Origin: Mobula hypostoma
Lineage: Eukaryota
Length of the DNA stretch: 64,000 nucleotides
Assembly: GCF_963921235.1 (NCBI RefSeq)
Contig: NC_086097.1
Coordinates: forward strand, 151,592,001 to 151,656,000
Direction of reading: 5' to 3'
This document shows, piece by piece, positions 45,236-58,239 of the stretch. The stretch's first letter is position 1, and each line of letters opens with the position of its first letter. Under the pieces are notes generated by a model. That model ran no database searches. It saw only the letters and a list, made by a program, of their open reading frames with translations, and was not told where the DNA came from. The position numbers were made by a program, and so were the translations under genes.

Positions 45236-46344
45236 GCAATTTTTTCTTATGACAGAGGAGGCTTCCTATTCCAATGAATTTATTGTCAGTTCACAGAACA
45301 ATCCCATTCACCCACTAATTTACCCCATAGTCTAGTTCTTCCTTCTTTCACATCCACTTACCCCAGATTTTACCACCCACTAACACAAAGGGTATTTTGC
45401 CACAGCCCCATTACTTCACCATCCTGCATGCCTTTGAAAATCAGCTGATGTGATGTATTTGGATTTTCTCCAGACCTTTGAGAAGCTGTAAGATGAGAGT
45501 CAATTTAACAAATAAAAAACCTTGTTATTCAAGGTAGGTTTGTGACGTGGATTGAGGATTGGATCTTGAACAGTAAGCAGAGGTAAGAAATAAGTGAGTC
45601 ATTTTGGGGCTGGGAAGTTGTAACCAGTGGATCAGCTATCAGTGTTTGGGCTACGGGGGTTCAGCATCTTGATCAATAATTTTGATGAGGGGACAGAAGT
45701 AGGCTAAGTGAGTGGGCAAGGACATTGAAAAATTATAATTTGGAAAATGTGAGGTCATCCAATTTGGTAGAGAAAAAAGGCAGAGAATTTTTCAAAGAGT
45801 GAGAGGTTGAAAGATGTTAAAGTCTTATACATGAATCACTGACATTTAATATGCAAATTCAGGACAAACATTAGGAAGGTCAAAGTTGCATTAACCTTCA
45901 TTGCAAGGGCAATAGCCTAATTGAATTGAGACGTAATACTTCAGTTAATGAGATGAGATGTTTTTGAAGCATACAAAGTTCTGAAGGGGCTGGACAGGAG
46001 TTGCTATTTATCCTGAATGGAATACTTATTGCCAGTGGTCACAATCTCAAAATAAGGAAAAGCGAAAAACTGCAGCTGGTAGAAATCTGAAAGAAAAACA
46101 GAAAACTGTGAGCTGAAACATTAACTCTATTACTTTTTTCACTAATAAAAACATTTTCTGTTTTTATAAATCTCAAATTAAGTTGTTTGCTGTTGAATAG
46201 AGATGTGAGGACAACTGGTCAGAGGACAGTGAATGTTTGGAATCTACTATCCAAGAGCATGGTGGAGAGTTGATAACTGAGTAAAGTCCTGAATTGAGAT
46301 CACTATCTTTTTAGGTATTACAGGAAAAGATGTCGGATGACCAA

Positions 46345-46700
46345 AGGGCTGTGCTGTGGTGCAAACATCAAAGCTGTATCCCTACAGCTCCAATAACTCA
46401 GTTTCAATCTTGTCCTTCCGTGCTTTTACATTGAGTTCTCTTGTTCTCGCTGTGGCCACAAAGGTTTCCCACAAGCTGCTCCAGTTTTCTCCCACATCCC
46501 TAAAATGTGCAGGTTGGCCACTGTAAATTACACAAAACTCCATGTAGATAAGGAAGGGTATCAGGGGGAAATAACGTGAATATGGGGAGTATAAAAAAGG
46601 TTAGGATAGGATTAGTATAAGAACGGTTGTTTGATAGTTGTCATGGACCTGGTGGACCAAAGTATATGTTTCTATGTTGTTTCTATCTATGAGTCTGGGG
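46345..46700 (+). mobile_element. Old V-SINE-like element
   Basis: gctccagttttctcccacatccctaaaatgtgcaggtt core; CR1-like 3' tail. Confidence 0.6.
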
Positions 46701-46934
46701 CTTTATGAAAGCAGTACTGAGGAAAAAGGTGAAGTATAATTATATTGAATTTTGAAGCAGATATGAGAGACCAGTGACCTAATCTTGCTTTTATATTTTT
46801 ACATTCTTATATTCTTGATATGGACTGTTATACGTATATCGAAACCATCTTGAAATAATGCATATATTGAAACCATCTTGAAAGTTTCTTTCTTGGTAAA
46901 TGGGTTTTACTATTCTTGAACAAAAGAAGGATAT

Positions 46935-48250
46935 GAACACAAGGAATTCTGGAGATGGTGGAAATCCAAAGCGACACATACAAAACGTTATAGGAACTCA
47001 GCAGGTCAGGCAACATTTATGGAAGTGAATAAGCAGTTGAATTTTCAGCCTGAGTCCCTTCCTTAGGACTGGAAAGGAAGGGGGAAGATGCCTGAATAAA
47101 AAGGTGGGAGGAGGTGAAGGAGGAGGGCTAGAAGTTGATAGGTGTAACCAGGTGGGTGGGAAAGGTAAAGGGCTGGAAAAGAAGTAATCAGATAGGAGAG
47201 AAGAATGAACTATGGGTGTCATCAGGTTCAGATATGGCCCAAGTGTGGAGTGAGAGACACTGAAGCAGGTCAATAGTTCACAGACTTTAATGTGAACAGT
47301 GTTGAAGGGAAAAGAAAACAATAAGTGCTAGGCCAAACAGGGTCATTAACTAAAACTCTCAAATGGAAAACAAAGCCTATACACGGCTGAAAAGAACAAC
47401 TATGAATAAAGTGAATACTGCTAGTCTTCAGAGTCATTTGATTCGACAGTCCAATTTCTCAGGCAAGGCAGATTGCAAAGCATGGGGCATGCGTTGGCTG
47501 TGTCCAAGTCTCGACAAATACTACAACGGAATGAGTGGAGTTAAATGCTACCACAATGAAATAATAATTAGCTGACACGTACGTATATTCACGAGCGCAA
47601 TTGTCGAATCTGCTGCACTGCTGAATCCATGCTTGTGACAACGGAAGAAAGGGAAGAGGCGGGGCAGCAAGGGGAGATGATACGGCAGGTGAGGAGAAGA
47701 GGTAGGAGGTCAGAGTGAGGAATAGAGGAAGAGGGATAGGGGAGGGAAAAAATTACCGGAAGGAGAAATTGATGTTCATGCCATCAGGTTGGAGGCTACC
47801 TAGGAGGCCATGGACCGACATGTCGGACGAGAATGGGGAGAGGAATTAAAATGGTGGTCATCAGGAAATTCCACTTTTAGTGGATAGAGCAGAGGTGCTC
47901 AATAAAGTAGTCCCCCAACTTACATTGAAGTATGTGGACACAAGTTCAGTGGAGCAGGAGCAGGTAGGGACAATGGGCCTACTAAGATAGTCAGGTTTAT
48001 GGATCTTCGGTAGGCGATAGAAATGAGCAGTGCAGAGTAAGGGAACTATGAGTTTTCTGGCAGTGGATAGGAGTTCTCTAGAGTTGATGAGGTTAGTGAT
48101 AACGTCAGAGACGATTTTCTGATGGTGCGGAGTAGGGTCCTATTCAAGGGGAAAGTAATATGAGGTGTTTGAGAGTTGCCTCTGGCCACGGCAAGGTAGA
48201 GGTCAGTCCACCACACTATAACAGCACCCCCTTTGTCTGCGTGTTTGATA
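46935..48250 (-). mobile_element. Degenerate, internally deleted PLE with LTR insertion
   Basis: Terminal repeat at 46935-47075; IKHADKGGAVIVW in ORF 48046-48297. Confidence 0.82.
47217..47640 (-). mobile_element. Solo LTR (424 bp)
   Basis: TGTCA...TGACA termini; degenerate 5-bp TSD ATGGG/ACGGA; host PLE contiguous across it; ATTAAA on the minus strand near 47286. Confidence 0.7.
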
Positions 48251-48422
48251 GTGTGCAGTATCTGAAAAATAGACTTATACCAACACCACGCAACCAAAAG
48301 CAGTCAATGTGTCTGTTGTGTGACAAAGTTTTTTCACACGAGGCAATGAAAGCATCCAGGCTCTGTGAACATTTGAAGAGAATACACTCTGATAAATCAA
48401 ATAAGGACTTGGCTTATTTTTG
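48250..48422 (+). pseudogene. Orphan BED zinc-finger fragment of a Charlie/Buster-type hAT transposase
   Basis: VQYLK..LIP.....SMCLLCDKVFSHEAMKASRLCEHLKRIH. Confidence 0.8.
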
Positions 48423-48584
48423 TAATTGTGTGGGAAGTATATTACTTTCCATTTAACTAACCATGCCTAGATGATGTTAAGGACTCCCTGCTTGCAGGCA
48501 TTGGCTTTTATTTTTGAAGAAGTATGAAAGGAATTAAGCATGCTTTCAGTTTTTTTGACCCTCTTCAAACCTGATCTTAAGATG

Positions 48585-49060
48585 GACATAAGAGAATAAG
48601 AAACATGGCCTTCTTTGCCATTCAGTAAGATCATCTACTTTATCATGCTCCATTCGAGTGTCTTCTGCTATTCTATCATATCCCTCTCCACCCCATTCTC
48701 CTGCCTTCTCCCCATAACCTTTGATGCTCTTACTAATCAAGAACCTAGCAAACTCTACTTTAAATGTACTCAATGACATGGCCTCCACAGCATCTGTGGC
48801 AATGAATTCCACAGAATCACCACTCTGTGGCTAAAGTAATTGCTCCTCATCTCTGTTCTGAAGGGACATCCCTCTATTCTGAGGCTGTGCCTTCTGGTCC
48901 TAAACTTCTCCATGATTGGAAGCATCCTCTCATATCTACTCTCGGCCTTTCAATATTCAACAGGTTTCAATGGGATCTCCCTCATTTTCCAAACTCCAGC
49001 GTGTACAGGCCCAGAATCATGAAACCCTCCTCATATGTTAATCTTTTCATTCCCAGAGTC
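48585..49060 (-). mobile_element. CR1 3' end
   Basis: VEAMSLSTFKVE...GYGEKAG and CR1 3' UTR. Confidence 0.8.
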
Positions 49061-49152
49061 TTGAGGTGACAGATTAGTAGCTAAGTTAACTTGTGAAAAC
49101 AGAATATGTCTCCATTTCAAGTAAGTCAGCAATTCTAATTAAATCGTCACTC

Positions 49153-51711
49153 TAGTGGTACCTAAAGTGGGCCATCCCCCTGGGAGCAGTAGAATTTCTA
49201 AGAGGAGGATAAAAATAAAGCAGGCAGTGAAAGGGTACTCAATAGCAAGGGAGAAGCTGAGTGATTATGGTTTAAGTATAATAAATGAATTACTTATTTT
49301 AAGCATTTGATTCTCAGTTCCTCATAATTGATTACAATGATCACATAATCACCTCACCTCTTTCTAACTCACCGTTCCCTTATACTTTGCTTGAAGTAGA
49401 TTATAGCTGTTGAAAACATTGAACCCATGAACACTACCTTGCTACTTTTTATTTTTGTCTTTTTTTTGCACAATTTATTTTAACTTAATTATTTAATAGA
49501 CGTATACATACTTACAGTAATTCAGTTTTTTATCTCTATTTATTTATGATGTATTTCATTGTAGTGCTGCTATAAAGTTAACAAATTTCATGACATATGA
49601 TGGTGATATTAAACCTGATTCTGAAAGCAATGTGACACTTCTGTATTTCGGTGCCATGAGAAATCTGGACTGAAGAAATAGTGTTATTTCCGGGCCTGAC
49701 CTCCGCATTATTGCCATTCACTATAGTACAGTGTTAGCCACTACGATTCCCATACTCTAATTCTGTAGTGATGCAATTCCTGTTGTGTGAAAAGGTTTTT
49801 TAGAATGAGGCAATGAAACCATCCAGGCTCCTTGAACATTTGAAGAGAACGCTCTCTGATAAAGCAAATGAAAACCTGGATTTTTTTCAGTCACTTTGAT
49901 AAAACTTTCAGAAACGGAAAACACTTCAAAACATGTTGAAACAAAACATTTCACAACAAAATAGTGATGGTTTGTGTGCTTCATACTCATTGTTCATTGC
50001 TATGTCTGGAAAGCCCCATACAATTGGAGAAGAACTGATTCTGCCAGAAATAAAGGAGATTCCAAGTACAGTTTTGCATAAGTCACCAGACCAAATAACT
50101 AAAACAATTCCACTCAGCAATAACTCTGTTCAAAGATGAATAGATAAAATGTCTAAGAATGTGGAAGACACATTGTGCAACACACTTAGGGCAACAGAAT
50201 TTGCTCTTTAGTTGGATAAGCCAAATTTGCCAAGCAACGAATCTTTGCTTCTTGGTTATGTTTCCTTTATAAAAGATGAAAGCACTGTTCAAAAGTTATT
50301 ATTTGCAAGAGACTGGAAACAAATACGAAGGGAGAGTCAAAATTCTGGGCTGTGTAATTTTTCAAAGAGAAGCACATTCCGCTCACCAACATTCCTGCTT
50401 GTGCAACAGATGGGGCACTATCAATGACAGGACGCCACAGTGGAGTTATTACTTTCTTGAAAAAAAGCCATACATAACATATTTACCATTCACTGTGTAG
50501 TTCACAGACAACATCTTGTTGCAAAAAAGCGCAAGGGATTGGCTGCACAAATCATTAAATACTGTTATCATAGTGGTAAATACGTTTGTAAAATCATGTC
50601 TCATGCTCTCAATTCTTGACTATTTTGAGAGCTTTGAATTGAGAATGATGAATAGTTTGAATGCTCACTGTTGCACACAGAAGTCAGATGACTCTTAAAA
50701 TGAAACTGCCTGAAACATTCTTATGTGCTTTTTGAAACTGATAACATTCTTTGAAGACTTGAATGCTTCATTGAGTAATCAATTCCAGAATATTAGCATG
50801 ACATTGGTCATTTGTCAGAATTATTCGCAAAGTTATATGAAAACAATATTCAATTGCAAATAAATTATATGAACCTTATCAAGTCAAATTAGTCATATCC
50901 ACAGTTCTGTCCACATTAACCCTATTTAATTGCAACATCAACTGTCATGGCCTTTTCCAATTTCTGAGCCTCTTTAATTGGAAGAGAAAGAAAGAATACT
51001 AGATGATGATTTTCAAGTATACTGTGTCCACCTGGGTGAGCTGCATAAAGACATGTCAGATTTCAGGATCTTCTCTTGATCCAAATTCGAGATTGAACAC
51101 TTGTGATGAAGACTTACCAGGAAAAGCTGGCTACAAGCTGATACTGAGGTTCAAAAAATGATAGTAAGACTTTTGGTTGCAGAAAGAAGTCTCGGAACGC
51201 TATCCTGCTATGTGAAAAAAAAAGGTCAAGGTGTTCTTTATTGTCTTTCCAACATCATATTGAGTGTAGTGCAGCTTTGCTGCAGTCCTCCAACTTCTTT
51301 CAAAACAATGAAACAGACAGCAAATTACTGAATAAGGTGATCTGAGACTCCTTCTGAGTGACATTCAGGCCGACGTTGAGAAGCTGATATCACTACACCA
51401 AGCCCATCCATTTTTCTGCAGGGTGAAAAAGTAATGAAGTGGTTTTAAAAGTTGGACTAATAATGTACACTCTAAAATTGGGGATAAAAATAGGTTTTAC
51501 TGTAATTAAATAAAAAAAATAATTTTATTTGTAGCTTTAAATAGATTTGAATTTTTTTGCTATTGCTTTGAATTTGCAGTTCCTGTTTTCTTCACTGTAC
51601 ATTTAAATCAAAATTCTTTGTAGTTTTTATGTAATGGCCAGAAAGGGAGAGGCTGGGGATGTGATCTGGGAGTCAAGGGGGTAGGAACTCAAAAAAGTTT
51701 GAGAAGCACTA
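49153..51711 (+). mobile_element. Decayed Charlie/Buster-type hAT transposon (SCAND3/ZBED8/FAM200-like transposase remnant about 49780-51420); LINE tail inserted at about 49400-49625
   Basis: GKPHTIGEELILP, IPLSNNSVQR, IHCVVHRQHL and F.TSY remnants; TIR-like ends TAGTGGTACCTAAA / TAGTGCTTCTCAAA; no clear TSD. Confidence 0.8.
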
Positions 51712-51818
51712 GTTCTATCCTTCATGTCTGGAATGAACATAAACCATTTGAAAGAAAGAACATAATTTTTATGCATAATCACTTCTTATAAATTGATGAT
51801 CCCCATTGTGTTTTATAT

Positions 51819-52225
51819 TCAGAATCAGAATCAGAATCAGGTTTATTATCACTGGCATGTGTAGTGAAATTTGTTGACTGAGCAGCAGCAGTTCAATGCA
51901 ATACATAATACGGAAGAAAAAGAATATAATAGTAATTAATAAAAAAGTAAATCAATTACAGTATATGTATATTGAATAGATTAAAAATCATGTAAAAACA
52001 GAAATAATATATATTTAAAAAATGCGGTAGTGTTCATGGGTTCTATGTCCATTTAGGAATCGGATGGCAGAGGGGAAGAAGCTGTTCCTGAATTGCTGAG
52101 TGAGTGCCTTCAGGCTTCTGTACCTCCTACTGAATGATAACAATGAGGAAAAGGCATGCCCTGGGTGCTGGGGGACCTTAATAATGAACACTGCCTTTCT
52201 GAGACATCACTCCTTGAAGATTCTT
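51819..52225 (-). mobile_element. Rex1-type LINE 3' end with (GATTCT)n tail
   Basis: tcagaatcagaatcagaatcag array; gaagaagctgttcctgaa and cttcaggcttctgtacctcct. Confidence 0.8.
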
Positions 52226-52409
52226 TGAGGTGTAACTATTTTAGGAAGTGTGATTTACTCTGTCAAACTCAATCCATATGAATTTATGTAGCGTAGTCTT
52301 CTAATGCTAAGCACACCAGCCACAACCTTCTAACCTTCTCCCCAATTGGAAATGGAGAGTTCAGGTGTCAGGAATGGCTTTCTGTGTGCCACAGTGCAAT
52401 AACCGACAG

Positions 52410-53390
52410 TATATGTACATTCCATGGCATAGAACGGTACAGTACAGGACGGGAACAGGCTCCTTAGCCGTGATGTCTGCACCGAATACAATGCCAAGTT
52501 CACTAAATCACTTCTCCCTGCACATGATCCATAGTCCTCCATTTCCTGGGGTTAAGAGGGAAAATGAATAAGCCATGATCGAATGGCAGGGCAGAATTGA
52601 TTGGTTGAATGGCCTAATTCTGCTCCTATATTTTATGTTCTTGTGGTGTTATATTCATGTGTCTATCTAGCAGCTACTTCAACATCACTATCATACTTCT
52701 GCTTCCACCACTGGCTCTGACAGCCTGTTCCAGGCACCTATTGCACTCTATGTAAAAAAAATCTTTGCCATGTAAATCTCCTTAAATTTGTGCCTTCTTG
52801 TATTCTACTTGGGGAGAAAAGTTCACTTCATTTCTGCCCCTCAAATTTCTATAAGCGTTTGTCAGGAATCACCTCAAAGAAAACAATCCAAGTTTTTGAT
52901 TCATGCACAATAACATCCAGATTCATGCACCACCACTTGCAGTTTTCCTCCATTTAGGCAACTATCTGCTCTTAGCTTCATTCGTCTCCTAATATAAATC
53001 AAGACGATAAGATGTGCTCTTGACTTCAGATCTATCTCACTGTCATAGAGTCATAGAGAAGTACAGCACAGAAACAGACCCTTCAGCTCATCTATTCCTT
53101 GCTGAAACCATTTAAACCACACTCCTATCGAGCTAGCCCTCCATATCCCTACTATCCACATACCTATCCAAACTTCTCTTAAACATTAAGTTCGAGCTAG
53201 CATGCACCAGTTGTGCTGGGAGCTCATTCCACACTCTCATGGCCCTCTGAGTGAAGACGTTTTCCCTCAAGTTCCCCTTAAACTTCTCACCTTTCACCCT
53301 TAACCCATGACCTCTGGTTGTCGTCCCACCCAACCTCGGAAAAGCCTGCTGGCATTTACCCTACCTATACCCCTCATAATTCTGTATACC
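52410..53390 (-). mobile_element. Cluster of CR1 3'-end fragments
   Basis: TTRGHGLRVKGEKFKGNLRENVFTQRAMRVWNELP (53133-53333); tails at about 52425 and 53043; a plus-strand CR1 tail at about 52545-52650. Confidence 0.75.
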
Positions 53391-53659
53391 TTAACCTTGC
53401 ACCTTTTTGTTTACCTGCACTACATTATCTTTGTATCTGTTAAACTTTATTCTGCAGTATTATTATTCTTTTACCTTATTTACCTCAATGCAGTGTGTGG
53501 TGATTTGATCTGTATGAACAGAATGAAAAACAAGCTTTTCACTGTATCTCAGTACATGTGACAATGATGAATAAATAAATTCCAATTTGTTTAGATAATC
53601 CCTGTATATGGACCTAAGGAGCGGAAGAATCTGCATGGTCTGATGGCCCTTTGTTGTCA

Positions 53660-53880
53660 TGGCAACACAGTAGTTAGCACAATTGCCTCACAGCGGAAGC
53701 AGTCATTCCCACTACTGCCAGCAAGGAGTCTCTACATTTTCCCTGTGACCATATGGCTTTACTCTGGGTGCTCTGGTTTCCTCCTACATTCAAAAGATTT
53801 ACTGTATGTGTTAGGGTTATTAAGTTGTGGGCATGTTAGTTTGGTGCCAAAAGAATGTTGATACTTATGGCTCCCCACGT
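53660..53880 (+). mobile_element. V-SINE-like element
   Basis: ctctgggtgctctggtttcctcctacattcaaaaga core. Confidence 0.65.
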
Positions 53881-53884
53881 TAAT

Positions 53885-54190
53885 TTAATTTTTTTAAATA
53901 TAATTTTTATTGAGTTTTGGAAAAGATTACATAGAAAGATAATATCTTCCTTCCCCCCTCCCCTTAACCCTTCCCCCCGATATATACCACTACCTGAAAA
54001 AAAAAGAAAAAAGGAGAAAAGAAAAGAAAAAGAAAGAAGAAGGAAGAACTGCCTGGATATTGGAAAGTTTCCACATGCTCCATGGGATTCAAAATAAATT
54101 TAGTATATTTATTACTTTCCCCAAGGGACCAACATCTTTATCATCGGAGCAACTAAATATGCCATCCTATCTTTTGTAAATATGGGCGCC
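53885..54190 (-). mobile_element. Probable L1/Tx1-type LINE 3' end
   Basis: Minus strand shows a G-rich tract, then AATAAA and an A-rich tail; family call is inferential. Confidence 0.45.
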
Positions 54191-54301
54191 ACGCTGATTT
54201 AATTTGATGCAAATGACTCATTTCACTATATGTTTTGATGTAGTCACATATGAAAAATGAAGTTAATCTTTAAAAAAAATACATAAAATTAAATTGACCT
54301 T

Positions 54302-55119
54302 CAGTAGATTCTGGTTAATTGGGTCATTGCTTAATGGGCGCAGCCACTTATTTGGGACAACTCTGAAAGAGCAAATACTAATTGAGAAAATAGCCAGGAT
54401 TTCCTTTGTTTATTTAGGATACTGTGCCGCTTAATTGGGACAGGAGACTGTTGCTGAATATTTTCTAACTGGCATCAACCATGTGCACTTGTTTGGCTGT
54501 TACTACACTGTGCATATTCTAAATAGCATCAGTTGCCATGCACTTGTGTTCAAATGTAGTGAACTGACAGTTGGTGAGGAATATGCAGTAAGAGAATTCA
54601 AAACCGTTTTGCTCACTATGGTTTCAAGCATTCAGGCTCGGAGATGCCAGAAATGGCCAGGAGTGAAAATAACCAATTTTACTATTTCAACAAATTAGGA
54701 ACTATGAAGAATTTGAAGGTATTGACAATCATTTTGAATGTTGCAATAAAAATGAAGATTTGGAGGATGCAATCATCAAAAGCATGGTACGAATGTTGTC
54801 CATTATCTGCACTAGGTGTTTATACTGATTTTGTTCATTTACAGTCAATCAAAGCAACTCACAGTGTACACTGGATCAATTCCTCCATCGATAATGATTA
54901 GGAGCTTACACACAGTTTTATAATACTGTAGTAATATCAGTTGTGTTCTAATTTATTCTGTATTTAATTTAAATGCATTTTTTTTTACTCAGTACAATGG
55001 TAGTTTGTATCTTTTAACTATTTTAACTATTTCCTTGAAACTTCATCTAATTGGGGCAGCTGGTTAATTGGACCAAAATGCACTGGTCCCACAGTGTCAC
55101 AATTAACTGGAATCCACTG
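54302..55119 (+). mobile_element. Non-autonomous DNA transposon (Tc1/pogo-Tigger-like MITE)
   Basis: TIRs CAGTAGATTCTGGTTAATTG / CAATTAACTGGAATCCACTG; repeated TTAATTGGG subterminal motifs; no ORF. Confidence 0.8.
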
Positions 55120-55599
55120 TTTCATTTAGAATGGAGTAAGCACAGGCTGCATATGCTACATCACTGAGGCAGCGAGAATAACTTTGCTCTAAGTGTACAA
55201 CTTGTTAAACTAGACCTCTCTACAGTGTCATATCCTAGCAACACATAACTTATTTCATGGGCTTATGTAAAAGAGATACAAGCAGAAGGCGACAGGTAGA
55301 AAATCCTTGAGATCCTCTCTGACCTTGATAATGAAATATGAGTACAACGTTTTGTTTCATAGAAAGAATCTCTTTGTTACCAGTTATCTGGGACCTTGAG
55401 CCCAATTATGTAAACACAGTCAGAACAAAGCTGCATTGCAAGCTGAATTCTTTGCTGCAATGAATGACCTCTTTCCTCATTCTTTCACCATTGTGAGTGT
55501 GTTTGAATGTCCTTAAGCACGGGATTAATTCATAGCATAAAATGCCTGGGGGCTGTGTCAGCTTTGGGTCTGTGGATTGTATACTCAGGAACAAACTCA

Positions 55600-56258
55600 G
55601 TTGCTACAGGCAGGATGCTGCTGCAATTCAGCTAGTCAGGCAGCATCTATAGAGGGAAATTAAATTTGATGTTTTGGGCCAGGACCCTTCATCAGGACTA
55701 GAAAGAAAGAGGGCAGAAGCGGGAAGAGGGAGAGGAGGGTGATAGGTAAATGCTTGTGAGAAGGAGAAGGTAGAAGCATGGGAAGTATGTGGGGAGGGAA
55801 AAGGAATGATGTGAAAGATTGAGTGACGAAATGTGAAACTGGCAAAGAGCTCAAGAAGATGGAATCTGATAACAGAAGTCAGTAGAGCATGGAATAAAGG
55901 GATAGAGGTGGAAAACCATAGGGAGGAAGGTGTGACTGATGGGCAGGTAGAGAGGATGCGGGATGGGAAAGAGCAGGGGTAAAGGGCACAAAGGGAAAAG
56001 GGAAAACAAGGGGGGTGTGGAGAGAGGTGAATAGTTACCAGAAATTAGAGAAATCATTAGGTTGGAAACTACCAAGACAGAGTTTGAGGTACAGTTCCAT
56101 TGATCAGCGTCTCGTCTCAACTTGGCAGTAGAGGAGTCAGAGGATATACCAGTGTGGGAATGGGAAGTGCAATTAAAATGTCTGGTCACTGAGAAATCCT
56201 GGCTGATATGGCAGATGAAGTGAAGGTGTGAAGCTGCTCGATGAAGCGATCTCCCAAT
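55600..56258 (-). mobile_element. Degenerate PLE 3' fragment
   Basis: Hammerhead remnant at 55663-55700; QDFSVTRHFNCTSHSHT. Confidence 0.8.
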
Positions 56259-56269
56259 ATATATACACG

Positions 56270-56867
56270 CAATGGATTCCAGGGTAAATTGGGACATATC
56301 GGTACCAGTACATTTTGCCCCAATTACGAGCCTGCACCAGTTAGCCAAAGTTTCATGGAAATAGCTAAAAAGGCAAACTATCATTTAACTGGGTAACAAT
56401 TACGTATTTAATGAAATACAGAGCAAATTAGAACACTACTAATCTTACTACAGTACTATAAAACTGTGCATTAGTTCTTAATAGTTATCAATGGAGGAAT
56501 TCATTCAGTGAACACTGCTATGTTCTTTTGATTGACTGTAAGTGAACAAAATCAGTGTAGGCACCTAGTGCAAATAATGGACTGCCTTCATATAATCCTT
56601 TTGATGATTGCATCCTCAGTGACAAAAGCACATGCAACTGATGCTTTTTAAAAACTGTTCACTCTAACCATGACATGTATAACAAGAGCACAAGACTGAC
56701 ACTAGTTAAAATCTGGTCGGCAACAGTCTCCTGTTCCAGTTATGCATCATAATGTCCCAAATAAATAAAGGGAAGCCTAGGTATTTTCCCAATTAGTTTT
56801 TTTATGAGTTATCCCAAATAAGCGGCTGATGTGATTGACCAATGGTCCTATTAATCAAAATCCACTG
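56270..56867 (-). mobile_element. Second copy of the same MITE, inverted
   Basis: Ends CAATGGATTCC...AATCCACTG|TA; interior is the reverse complement of 54302-55119 with deletions. Confidence 0.8.
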
Positions 56868-57284
56868 TATTTGTAAAGAATATACAAACCGTCCTATTCT
56901 ACATGCTATATAGATTTAAGTTCCAGCAACTTAAGTTGTGGTAAGGAAGTTTAACAAAGTTGGAGCTGTCACTGCTTGAATAAAGTTCTGAAGCAAAGTA
57001 TTACCTGACTCTTGATATAAAACTTTCCATTACACCAAGTCCTCATTACCTGTGTACTTACTAACTGTGTATGTGTCCACTCATAAGATTGGCTTTGAAT
57101 TTCTGGGTGTGTGGCCGGGTATGGAGATAGAGTTAGGATCAGGGTTGGGAGCACATAAAGGTGGAGCAAGCTGGAACATGTAAGCTAAAACAAATAAAGA
57201 AGTTCTTATGTCCCTGGAGAGTTTGACTGCTATAGGTGGTAATGGTGCCATGGTCTTAAACAAAAATAACAGTAGTTAATGTAA

Positions 57285-57780
57285 TGCTCAAAGTTCAAAG
57301 TAGTTTTATTATCAAAGTTGATGTATGTCACCAGATATGTCATCTAGAGATTCATTTTCTTGCAAGGATTTTCAGTAGAACAGAGAAATACAATAGAATC
57401 AAAGAAAAATACAGTACATGAAGGATGACAGTCAATGTACAAAAGAAGACAAACTGTTCAAATAAAAAAGATAAGTTAATAAATACTGAGAACATGAGTT
57501 GTAGAGTCTGTAGGTTGTGAAATCAGTCAGAGTTGAGATGAGTGAAGTTATTCAAATGGGTTCTGGAGCCTGATTGTTGAAGGGAAACGATTGTTCCTGA
57601 ACCTAGTAGCATGGGACCTAAGGCTCCTGTGCCTCTTTCCCACTAGAAGCAGCAAGAAGAGAGCATGGCCTGGATGGTGGACGTCCTTGATGATGGATGC
57701 TGCTTTCTGGCGTCAATGCCCCTTGTAGATATGCTCAATGACCTGTGATGGACTGGGCTGTATTCACTGTGATGGACCAT
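57285..57780 (-). mobile_element. Rex1-type LINE 3' end
   Basis: caaagttcaaagt tail; gatgatggatgctgctttc. Confidence 0.7.
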
Positions 57781-58239
57781 GAATCTAAGTGTTTTGCTCT
57801 GTTTCTTCTTTGTCTTATTAATATTTTTCATTTGTATGACAACAGCAGTGAATGCATCAGATCCACTCATTGGTTTTGAGGCATTTTGAAAGGCACAAGA
57901 AAGGAGCAACATAATGTTCTTAACATTGTTGTACGTGCTTATAGGTGGAGATGTTGTTTACTGCAATTCTAAAGGAAAAAAAAATTACAGTGACTCACTA
58001 AAGTGCATTCTTAACATTTGGAAGCTGTCTTGGTGATTTGACACAATGATTATATTTTATTCCTCAACACAAGATATTTCAGATAATTTTACTGCCTGGA
58101 TTGATACTGAGCCTCACAAACAAGAACAAGAATGCTGATCTCAAATAATATTAGCAGTGATGCTATTCACTGCATTATCTCAAACTAGGGAAATTAAAAT
58201 CTCTCCTGTAAAAATGTGATTTTTGCAGCTTGCTCACCA

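Noticed and set aside
49780..51420. Possible SCAND3/ZBED8/FAM200 gene
   Set aside because: Many stops and frameshifts; decayed transposase
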